Source of the DNA: Paraspadella gotoi
Taxonomy: Eukaryota; Animalia; Chaetognatha
DNA: 64,000 nt
Reading direction: 5' to 3'
Assembly (NCBI GenBank): GCA_051294375.1
Contig: JBJCIZ010000744.1
Coordinates: 2,055,252-2,119,251, forward strand
Shown: positions 41,215 through 52,275 of the stretch, in pieces
Numbering within the stretch: position 1 is the stretch's first letter
Layout: each line of letters begins with the position of its first letter
Notes under the pieces: generated by a model
The model's input: only the letters and a program-made list of their open reading frames with translations
Told to the model about the DNA's origin: nothing
The model's database searches: none
Program-made: the position numbers and the translations under genes

Positions 41215-41790
41215 GCTGAAGGAGAACTGAATCCTCTCGATGCGGCGATGGCAGTGGCCCAACGAGCCTCGGAAGGCCCCCTCTTGGAGCCTGGCCGACC
41301 GCGGGCGATCCCGACCACGCCGTCGACGACCGACTCCAGTTCCGCCGTCTCCTCCATCGAGGTCATCACCAACGCCGCCCTTACGGCGCCCCACCGGCCG
41401 ATCTCGGCGCCGCCGGCATCTCTCGACGCCGCGGCGCCGCACGGCTGGACCCAACAGCAGCACGAACTGCCAAAGACGACGACGACGGCGCCGCTGGCGC
41501 CCGTTTTCGTCGGCAAGAAGCGCCCCTGTGATCAAATGTCTGATGTGATAAACTGCCAAGGTGCCGTCGCCGTTCACGCCGCCGCCTTCGCCAACTATTC
41601 TCACCAACAACAACAACTACAACAACAACAACAACAACAAACCGTTTCCTTCTCGCCTTCCAACGCGCAGCACGCCGCCGCCGTCGCCGCAGCCGCCGCC
41701 GCCGCGGCCAACTACTCTCAGCAACAACAGCACATCAACAACGCGGCCGTCCTGCAAGCCACGTTGATCGGCGGCCAACATCCCGTCTTG
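41215..41790 (+). CDS. mbl: mbl low-complexity exon with a GKKRP NLS-like motif, poly-Q and poly-A (192 aa)
   Basis: GC-rich open frame within ORF 41110..41886. Acceptor catcaag|GCT and donor TTG|gtacag; 576 nt, phase 0-0. Lies between the ZnF3-4 exon and the KRPAL exon. Confidence 0.8.
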
Positions 41791-43572
41791 GTACAGTCTT
41801 CCCATTTTTGTTTATTTTTTGTTTCTTGTTTTTTTTTTTTTGTTTTTTTTTTTGGGGGGGGGTTTCTAAGTTTTCTTTTTTTTTAATTCTCCAGCAAGAT
41901 GTCTTTTTGTTTGAAAGATCGAGAATTACGTTTTGCTTTTTTTTATTTCAGTTTTTTCTCGCGGTTTTTTTTTCTTTTCTGTAATTTTTAGATATTTTTT
42001 AAGTTTTTTTTTTATACATAGTCACCATGGTTTGCAAAATGCCCTATTTTTTTGTTATTAAAATTTATTTTCTTGAGATATATTTGCATGCTTTATTAAC
42101 TATATCTATTCTTTCGTTTTGGTTTTTAGTGATAAATCGTGATTCAGTGACATCGTGAGTAGAGATAATTGCATTTAAGTTGAAGCCTGGATTGATTCAC
42201 ATTTGGGCCTCTGAGAAACGAGTAGCTTACACGAAAAACCTTAATATAAAATTTTTCTTTTTAACTTTTGCCTTTAGCACTCTGGTTAGGAGGAAGCTTA
42301 AGCTAATTTTCGTGACAAAATATGTGAGAAAAACAAATTTTACAAAACTTTTTTTTTAAGTAAAATAACAAAATTTTGCAAACCAGCAGCAAGTAAATCG
42401 AAGAAAGAAACGAATTAATTTTACGAAATGGGAAATTTCTAAGCAAGCAGTGATTTCTAAGCAAGCAGTGATGATGAAGCTTGTTATTGTAATAATACAG
42501 CATTATATAAGCGAATGGTATGATTATCACCAAAAAAAAAATCTTTCCACAAAAATGATTTGCGGCAGATATTTCTCAGAAACAATTTTTTTTTATTTGT
42601 TAAAACATGTTGCTTCTTTTTCTAATTTAATTTTATATTTTCAAATTTGACCGTTAATTAATTTTAAAACTCTTTTTTAGGTCTATTTCTAAAAATTTCA
42701 TCATCATCTCTGGTGGACTTGCACCGTAGGTGTCATGTTTACAACGGATGAATTTGTATAATTTGATATTGATACTCGATGTTACTTATATAAAAATACA
42801 TCACCAAATTATACAAATTTAGTCGAAAACCGCCCTGCCGTGCATAGTCACGTTAACTCAAACGTAAGTTAACAATTTTTTTTTTACCTTGTTACTCTCT
42901 AAATCTTTGCCATAGAGCAGAAGCTTCATGCCTTTTCTATATATCAAACAAAAGCCTAAAAATTCGGTGTATCCTTTTTAATGCACCCACCCTTCTCAAA
43001 ATAAAAAAAAGATGAAAATGTCCCCCGCAAGTCATTTTTGTGTCTTTTCCGCATCAAACGGCTTACAAGTGCATCTTTTCTTTTCTTTCCCTCTCCACCT
43101 CCCTATAATTCCTTGGCAACGAACAACAACAACTACGAAAAAAAAAACAAAAAAAAAACAAATGAACTCTGCTGTTTTCTGCCGCTCAAATAATTGCGCT
43201 GTCAATCAACATGATCTCTCTATATCTTTATACACTACGCAACACGTTTCGCTCTTACTGTGTTTGTTTACCAAAACAATAATCAAACCAAAACAAAACA
43301 AAATAAATTTGGTTTTTCCTTTCTGCCGCTATTCCTATGCATATAAACGCCAATCCCCCAACGGCCTATCCCCGCCCCCCCAACTCCATCGGCTATTCCC
43401 CATCCGATGGTCAAACATTATATCGTTGCTACTCGCATCTTGGAATTAAAAAAAAAAAACACAAAAAATCGTTAATATATAAACATAAATAAAATTTATA
43501 AAGCATGGAACGTAAAAAAAAAATCAAAAATCCAAACTTAATGAACGAAAATGCAAAAAAAAAAAAAAAAAG

Positions 43573-43778
43573 CATCAGCAAAATAACATGCCAGGTTTAG
43601 GTCATCCCGTTGCTAAGAGACCAGCCTTAGCCGATGCTAAAAGCGGTGTTCCCGTGTACCCCAGCCTGCCGCTCCCGCGCTAACTCGGCCGCTTATCACC
43701 AGGCCGCAGCTTTAGCCGCTATGCAACTGCAGCAAACAGCCACATCTGCCCAGCAAAATGCTTTTGTACCCGTGTCAT
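43573..43778 (+). CDS. mbl: mbl exon HQQNNMPGLGHPVAKRPALADAKSGVPVY...AAYHQAAALAAMQLQQ...AFVPVS (apparent frameshifts at about 43660-43678)
   Basis: The KRPAL and ALAAMQLQQ motifs match the MBNL C-terminal region. Donor TCAT|gtaagt is phase 1. Phase-0 acceptors are possible at 43573 or 43579. The two halves are out of frame unless two C's are restored in C runs. Confidence 0.85.
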
Positions 43779-44812
43779 GTAAGTGATCGGCCCATCGGTG
43801 ATTAGTTTTTTTGTTTTTTTTTTTCATTCTTTCATTCTTTTTGTTTCATATTTTGTTTTTCCGCTTTGGTGTTTTCATTTTTATCGCTTTGCCAAAATAT
43901 TTTTTTTTAACGCTACAATCAGCTTTTCGGGTTATTTTTGTTATCCCCCGTTTTCCAGCTTTAAACGCTTTTTCATTTATTCGTTCTTTAATTTTTTTTA
44001 GCTTACTTTCAATAACCTCTTTGGAAAAGAAGTTAGTTCTTTTTTTAATAAACAAATACAAACAAATATTATCGTTCCCTTAACTATTTACGCGAGATTA
44101 AGAATTAGCAGACAACATTTTTTTCTTAAATTTGATTCCGTTTCACTCGATGAAATTGACTGATATTTTTTTGTGCTTCCTTACCGATGTAGTAATATAA
44201 TATGTACTGGTGTTTTTATAGCTGCTAAATTCGAGCTTATTTCGCTAAAAGAAAAGAAAAAAAAAGAAATACGCGCGATTTTCTTTTTAAGGGGTTAAGT
44301 TCATAAAATAAACTAAAAATAAACCTAAACAAAAAAAACTTACCATAAGATTCTGATTAATCATTTTATTATACTATCGATTTTAGCATCATGTGTTTAA
44401 ATCGTGTTTTAATTTAAAAAAAAACAACTTTCAGAATTTATCTTATATACAACAAACTGTATTAAGATAAATTAAAATTCAAAATTTAAACAAAAATTAA
44501 TCTTTCATAACAGCCATAACCAAATTAAAAAAACTTACATTAATTTTTTTTTTTTTGTTAATTTCGATTCTTTAAAACGAATTTAACGATCGCGAAAAAG
44601 TCGGACATTTTTAATTAATCCTTCAACCCTCGCCTCGCTCGTTCCGACATTTTCAAAAAAAAAAAAATAAAAAAATAAAAAAACCCCAAAATTCCCCCTT
44701 CCCCTTAAACGACCCCAAAAAAAACCTCTTCCCTTCCATACCCAACTCTTCCCACTCCCCCCCCCCGCCCCCCTCTTTCGTCGGGGTTTTTTTTCCTTCC
44801 GACGGCGCGCAG

Positions 44813-44847
44813 TTACAGGCCATCCACCAGGGGTACCCCGCTTCTGA
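44813..44847 (+). CDS. mbl: mbl terminal coding exon (F)TGHPPGVPRF*
   Basis: Acceptor gcgcgcag|TT. The phase-1 join gives TTT ACA GGC CAT CCA CCA GGG GTA CCC CGC TTC TGA, which resembles invertebrate Mbl C-termini. Confidence 0.85.
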
Positions 44848-45322
44848 GTACGTGCAACAGTACGAGGCCGCCGCGGTGTATCCCCACCAACATCCCTTCA
44901 AGCATCACTTCCAATAGCGAGGCTTTCTTTCCGCGGAAGGCTGGCGATGCTCACGGGTGGCTCCTTAACTTTGCTGACATTTGTTATATTTTTTAAAAAA
45001 AGGGTGAGTTTTTAAACAAATAAGTTGGGGAAATTGTTTGTTGAAAATTTTTTTGGGAACAATTTTTTGAAAGAAATGAATCGGATAAGATATTGAGTGT
45101 TGTATTTTTTCTTTGGGAGGAATGTTTGCACGGTTTCAGAATTATTGAAAAGTCTATGAAGTTGCCTTAAGTCGACTGAGACCGGGTCAGTTCTAATGAA
45201 GTTTCCCTATGTCTCTCTCTCTCTCTCATTCTCTCTCTCTCTCCCTCTCTCTCCAGGTGATATAATTCTACAATTACTTTACCACAATGTAACCAAGTGA
45301 CCAATGAAAACCGAAAATCGGC

Positions 45323-45393
<71 letters not shown>

Positions 45394-47155
45394 TCATCGA
45401 CTTCGGTGCGGAGAAACCGTCCGGCAAAACCTGTCCGGACTTTGCCGGTGCCGCCGACTTGCGCCGACGTTTAGGCGAAAACCGCTCGCCGACGCAAGCC
45501 GACACCGTCCGCCGACGCAAGCCGACAACGCCCGCCGACGCCGATCAGAAGGAAAAAAAATTTTTTTTCTCGTGAACTTTTTTCGGTTTTTTTTAATTTT
45601 TTTTTATTGTGTGTGGAAGAAATAGGATCTCAAATCGAGAAGAAATTTTGACCGTTAAGGAAACGTCTTCCAAATTAACATTTTTTTGTTTTTGTTTTCC
45701 TTTGTTTTATCATAACCACAATTCATAATATTCAATTCATTTTTCTTAATATATCAGATGAGGTAATGGTATATGAATAAAGATAAATCTTAATGTCTTC
45801 CATTTAGTTACATTAGACGGCGTTTATCACTTTTTTTTTAAAATTAAGTAATAATTAATCTTCAAAATTATAAAAAAAAACAAAATAACAACGGTTCAGA
45901 TTTCTTTCGGTTTTGACATTTTTTCCTTAATTTAATTTTTAACAAAAAAACAAACAAACTAAAGACGGCGATAAAGAAGTGTGATAATAATTTTGTAATA
46001 TCATCATTTGACTATCATTATCATCGAGTTTTTGAATTATTGCAAAAGTTTTTTTTCTTGTTAAGACATTTTTTAAACCACAATTTTTTTTCTATCGAAA
46101 TGGTTTTTTTTTTTAAGAGTCAAAAAGAAAAGAATCTTCGTGAGTCTCAAATTCACAAATTCCGCTGCAATTGAAATATTATTATGATTATTATTATCTC
46201 GGGTGGATTTGTCAAATAATCATGTTGATGCTATAAATACTAGTCTGTGTGAACTACATCCTTTTGTACGATGGAGATTTTAACCTGTTTTTTTTTTCTA
46301 TGTACATATATTGTACCTTATAACAGATTTATTTGGCATTTTTAATGATTTCATTAGCGTACAAGTATGGATGTACCTACTGTCTTTTACTACTGTTTTT
46401 TCAAGTAAATACTTAAAAGTTGATATTTTTGGTAAGTGCAGGAGTAAGTTGGGACTTTCTTCCAACAAAACTGTACTTTTGTAAATTTTGATTACTTGTT
46501 CGACTTGTACGACTGGGATTATGTACGATTCATTAAAGCATGCCAGATTTCACGGCGCTTAGTCAATGAAAATTTTATTTTAGAAATTAAAAAAGTGTAT
46601 CAATGAATTTGATTGTGAAATGTATCGGTTATTGAAAATCGAGTTTTTATAAGTTCCTATATTCCATAATCTTTTGTCGCAAAGTAATCAGCCATTGAGA
46701 GAAGTACAGCTTAGAAGGAAGAAAGGGCCAGCCCTGTATATTTGTAATCCTCTCTCTCGCTCTCAGTTTTTTTTCTCTCTCTCTCCCTCTCTCTCCTAAA
46801 CATTCTGATATACGAAAAAACAAAAACTCCTTCATATTTCAAAATGTATTGACTTGAGTTTTTTAACTTGACCCTTTTTCTCACAAGCTGTGACGACTTC
46901 TTATATTCTTCTTCTCTTAAAACAAAAACAAAAACAAAACAAAGTTGACCGTGAATTTGTCGTGAAACACTTTTTTCATTCACTGTTTGAAAAAAAAAAC
47001 GCAAATGTTTTTTGTTTTTTTTTTGGTTTATATATATATATTCACAAGCAGTCAAATACATTGTATATTCTTGGGAAGGTTTTTTTTCTTACTTATTTTT
47101 GAAGTACTTTTCAACTTAAAAAGAAACGAAATAAGAACTAATGTTTCGTTAAAGA

Positions 47156-47200
<45 letters not shown>

Positions 47201-50000
47201 GAGGGGGAACTACAACAACGACGACAGGATACGCTTCTACCACGTTGTTCCGATCGACGCCATTTTCCATTTTTTGACGATTGGCTCCTACCCCCCCTTT
47301 TTTTATTTCAATGTGTTTTGGCAGCAACAAAGAAAATCAAACTTCGAAACTCGGAATGTGTTATCCTACTTCACTGTATTCTAATTTAAATTAAAATATT
47401 AAATTTTGTTTTCAATCGAAATGAATTGAATTAATTATTCGTAAATTTGTAGAAAAATAAATCTATCGCTCCGTATATATATATATAGTCTTTCTTCTTT
47501 TGTATAATTTTGTTACTCAAATCAATCGCGATTTAAACAATTAAAATTAATAAATGTTAAATGATTAATACAGTGAGTCGATTCATCTTTTTTTTCTCTT
47601 TTTCCGCGATATCTGTGTTAATTTAATTTCTTGTCCTGTTTTTTCTGCGTCGTCGTCAAAGCAAAACTAAAAAAAAAAGAAAAAAAATTAAATTAACTAA
47701 ATAAAAAAAGTATTTTTTTTTAATCACAGGTCAAATAAAGAAGGAAGAAGATAATGTTGAAAAAGAGAGACGATCATGTAAACTAAATATTACTTATTCA
47801 AATATATATATACATGGGACTACGTTAATTAAAAGTAGGGGAAGATTTTTGAAGAAAAATTATTATTTAGTTTTAGTACAACTTGACGTTGTGATCACAA
47901 ACGATCGGAGATTCAAATAGAAAACTAAATTTAAAGGTTAAATTTGTTTTTTTAAAAAAAATATTGTTGTACGATTAAACGATTAATTCCCAAGTAAATT
48001 AGATGATAGACAAATTCCCAATCTGGTTGCGAATCGTTGTAGAATGTTATCATGATACTTATTGTACTAAGTACTATGTATACATATAGTATACGTCTTG
48101 GGAAATTTAACTGGAAGAAGATTTTAATTTTTTTTTCCTGAATAAAAAATAGCAAATAATATTCCGTTTTTATTTTTCAGTTTTTTTGTTCTTTTTTGTT
48201 TCTCGTATATAAGTTTACTACTCTCATAAAAAAAAAGCAGATTTTTTTTTTATCAATAATTTTAGTTTTTTTTTATCGGATGCTTCTCTAATCCAAACAA
48301 ACAAACAAACAAAGAGTCCCGGTTGTTTTTTTTTTATATAGTTTTCTTGTTTCTTATACAAAGGAAACGGCGGTGAAGGTCGAAGCGGGGGCGAGGATTA
48401 GTCAAATAAACAACTACTACTGTCTACGATCTGAACCCCCAATTTATATCCGACTTCACCGCTCATTCCCCTTCCCTCTCTCTGCCCCCCCCCCTTGCTC
48501 CAATCTCCACCCCCTCTTTCTCCGAATACAAAAAGAAACAAAAAAAAAAGAAACAAGCGAAACGAGTCGAATTAAAAAAAAAGAAGAAAAAATATGAAAC
48601 GGGACTCAGATATTCAGAAAAAAAAAAGCGATATCCTATATTTATTTACCTGTAATTTCGGCATTAAACCGTTTCGTCTTCTGATATGAAACTGAGGGGG
48701 CCAAAAAATGCCTTAAAGACAAACCTTACTTTATCCCTTCAAAAAACAACCATATATGTTATAGCCATTTACAAATGTTCTGTTGATACTTAGGAAATAG
48801 ACTTTCTTGACTGATTTCTCATACGTAATTTTTATCTGAATAATTCTGGACTTAATACCCGTATTGTTGGCGCGGTTGCCAAAGTTTTCCGCCTGGATTT
48901 ATTATTAAAAAAAAATACTAATTATTACAAAAGTTTTGTAATCATATTTATAGGGCGCCGTGAATAATGATACACTTTTTTTTTCTTCCTTGGGAGGAAT
49001 TGGGTTAATATTGAAACGTTTCATTGTATAAAATTGCCTATTTTTTTTCACTAAAATTCCGCCAAAGGGTCTTGGAGATTAATTTTTTTTTTCAAATTAA
49101 TAATCTAAGGAAAAAGAGTACGAATTAAAAACAAAAAAGGTTCCCTTCACGTCGCTACCAAAGATTTTAAGCCTTACGCAAAATCCAAACGGCGTGGAAT
49201 CTTTGGCACAGTTGCTCATTTTTAGCTACCGAGTTTTTAAAAAAAGACTTTGTTCCAAGACCTTTGTGTCGATCACTTTTAAAACATTTTTTTTTAAATG
49301 GTTCCATTTCTCGATTTCAAGAAATCGAGAAAAAAAAATCCAATTTTTTTTTTATATTCTTTATGATTTTTTTTTTAATATAAAAGAGGATGTTCCATCC
49401 TGACGAACTCATAGATCTTCCATTTGTTAAATTTTTTGTCCTAACTGTTTATGTAGAGAATTAGTTGAATAATTGTCGATCTAGGTTTTCTATTCCAATC
49501 GTTTTGAAATATAATTCAGAAATCTCTCTAAATCAGACGTATAATAATAGTAATAATAATGATGATGATAATAATAATAACAGTAGATAAAAGAATAACA
49601 TTCGAGTGTAAAACAAATCGTTATTTCCGTTGAGGTTCTCCAAAGTCAAACAGTTTCGTAGATCATTTTTTATAGTACATAGTTGAACTTATATGATCAA
49701 CACGATCGTTAAAACTAAATTAATGATATTTTTTTTTTAACAAAATTCTAAAAAAAAATATATTTTTGAGATGATTGACTGGGATAATCCTCAACAAATA
49801 GCATGCAAAAAAAAATATGTGAACTTTACTCAGTTTGTATAATAAATCAAACACAATGAGACTTTTTTTTATATATCTTTAATCATTAAGGTTCAATTGT
49901 GACGAAACACTTAGGAATGGTTTTTTTTTTTCAATCTGACAAAATGAGTCTAGATTGATTTTATTTCTTATCTTTTAATTACTTTTTTCTGACGTTGTTC
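44848..50000 (+). other. Probable long AU-rich mbl 3' UTR (end undefined)
   Basis: Unique, AT-rich, non-coding sequence after the stop codon. Contains TGTA-rich motifs (Pumilio-type TGTACATA at 46301) and several AATAAA hexamers. There is no transcript evidence for the 3' end. Confidence 0.4.
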
Positions 50001-50315
50001 TTCTATTGAAAAAATACAGTCATGATAAGTATACTGACAAATTTGTTTTGATATTTTTAACCGATGTGGAATTCTAAAAGTGTTAGCAAATCTTACCTGT
50101 ATGACGACCTCTGGTGGTCGGAGAACCGTAGTCCACAATGTATGCATTATTCCATTAAGTCAGACTTATTAAAAAAAAGAATAATTCCAATAAGAAGAAA
50201 AAAAATTAGCAGTTTAAAAGTTAGAATTCCTCATATTAGTTAGTTTCAAAGATCATTTTCACTTATGATTTTACTTATTCTGGAGACCGAAAAAAAAGTA
50301 ATAGTTATAAATAGT

Positions 50316-51062
50316 CAATGTTTGAATAGGGAAAAGGGAATTGTAACACACAATATCAAATTACTTACCAACGGCAACGTAACGAAAATCTTCAGCCTGA
50401 TTCTATCAGATGACTTTTGTTTATACTTCGTCCGAAGTTTTTCGTATTATTCACCAGATGGAAAAACCTTACAGTATGCAATTTCACCAAATTAAAAATA
50501 AAAATAAGGACAACTTTATAAGACAATAGCAGCAAAGAATTGCAAATAATTGTTAATAAAAGTAAAATAGCGTAATGATATTTTATTAGCTTCAATGACA
50601 ACCAAATGTGAATATACTTTAAACTAAAACTCATTGTCTCGAGTCGCCGATTGGCTGGGATCTATAAAATCGTCTCGTTGATTGGTTAGGCAACGATNNN
50701 NNNNNNNTCAATGTTTGAATAGGGAAAAGGGAATTGTAACACACAATATCAAATTACTTACCAACGGCAACGTAACGAAAATCTTCAGCCTGATTCTATC
50801 AGATGACTTTTGTTTATACTTCGTCCGAAGTTTTTCGTATTATTCACCAGATGGAAAAACCTTACAGTATGCAATTTCACCAAATTAAAAATAAAAATAA
50901 GGACAACTTTATAAGACAATAGCAGCAAAGAATTGCAAATAATTGTTAATAAAAGTAAAATAGCGTAATGATATTTTATTAGCTTCAATGACAACCAAAT
51001 GTGAATATACTTTAAACTAAAACTCATTGTCTCGAGTCGCCGATTGGCTGGGATCTATAAAA
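50316..51062 (+). repeat. Near-exact, about 350-bp tandem duplication flanking a 10-N gap
   Basis: 50316-50669 is repeated at 50709-51062. The two copies give duplicated ORFs 50392..50634 and 50785..51027. Confidence 0.92.
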
Positions 51063-51216
51063 ACCGGGCGGCAGCGGGGAAAAAAAACGCGCTGTGGCAA
51101 TTTATTGGCTGCCGCGGCGCTAAATGAGCAAAGAGGCTTATTTTGGTTTGAGAAGGACCTTCTGACCCTTAACTCCATTAATCACCCGGGGGCGGAGAGA
51201 GAGAGAGAGAGGACGA

Positions 51217-51247
<31 letters not shown>

Positions 51248-51470
51248 GAGAGAGCAGGAGAGAGAGAGAGAGCAGAGAGACAGCCGTGCTCTCTTCACTC
51301 TTCACCCCACGGTAATCACCCCTTACGAAACACCTCTCCCATCGTTTATATTTTTAAAAGGAGAGAGAGAGACAGAGAGAGGGAGCCAGTGGGAAAGAAG
51401 ATAGACCCCTTCTCTCTTCGTCTTTTCTTTCTCTCTCAGAGAAACTCATGATCACGGAGAGAGAGAGAGG

Positions 51471-51505
<35 letters not shown>

Positions 51506-51864
51506 GAGGAGAACGAGGAGGAGAGAGAAGAGAGAGAGAGAGAAAAGAATTGATAACAAGTTTGAGCTACGATCATTATCGGTAAATTTAATTATAATTA
51601 ATGTAATTTAATAATTTCAAGTTAAATTTAATTAATTTAATTAGGCAATAAATTAATAAGTTTTGATTCTAATGTTTGTTTTTTGGTCTTTTAGTCACTA
51701 ACCCACGACAAAAAACCAATGGACCAATGAGAATTAATTGATTGATTAATTAATTATTGAATTAATTAATTGTTAAATTAACTGAGTAATACATCTTGCA
51801 TTTACATTTAATAATAAAAGGGAAAAGAAGCAAAATCAATTAGTTGAAACAGGTTTTTTTTTTT

Positions 51865-52275
51865 TCATTTAAAACTCATTTCCATTTCAAAAACGATTCC
51901 ACGAAATTTGATTTCAGCTTAATTCACACACTTTTCCTACCCCACATACAAATTCCAGGTCAATCAGCATCAGCCCATCCACTCATGAGCCAATTGGTGT
52001 TCAAATAGTTGTTAATTATTTCTATTTTTTTTGTTTTTTCCATTTAAACTCATTTCACTCAACACGATTCCATCGAAACTTCATATCCAGCTCAATTCGC
52101 ACACTTCCCTACCCACACACAAAAATTTCATTCCAATCCATCAATTCCAATCACGAGTAATTGGTGTTTTTTGCTAAGGTTGGGACGGACGGACGGACGG
52201 CCTTACGGGAAGCAAGAAAAAAACAGACCACACGCAGACGACAAGGATATAGAACAGGACAGACGCACGGACATT
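51865..52275 (+). mobile_element. Possible non-autonomous Helitron/Helentron-like (DINE-1/HINE-type) element with (GGAC/AGAC)n tail
   Basis: Two imperfect internal copies of an about 95-bp core (about 51867 and 52041), then aaatttcattccaatcc followed by a ggacggacggac microsatellite. This architecture is typical of such elements, but no database match could be checked. Confidence 0.3.

Larger units (their letters stand above)
37165..44847 (+). other. mbl: muscleblind / MBNL-family RNA-binding protein gene, 5'-partial, 8 coding exons visible
   Basis: Spliced translation gives MBNL signature motifs in the correct order: [45 protein letters not shown]|[10 protein letters not shown]...[36 protein letters not shown]|FTGHPPGVPRF*. 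All introns are GT-AG. The ZnF1/start exon was not seen in the window. Confidence 0.96.

Noticed and set aside
39627-41805. Overlapping alternative-frame and antisense ORFs (e.g. 39627..39974 +, 39802..40215 -, 41203..41616 -)
   Set aside because: Shadow ORFs of GC-rich mbl exons; there is no independent evidence for them.
37165-44847. mbl as a pseudogene because of in-frame stops
   Set aside because: All visible zinc-finger ligands and splice sites are intact, and the breaks are fixed by single-C insertions in C runs in an assembly that is visibly indel-prone.
50316-51062. Tandem duplication as a real copy-number event
   Set aside because: Near-identical copies on either side of a 10-N spacer are the typical signature of unmerged overlapping contig ends.
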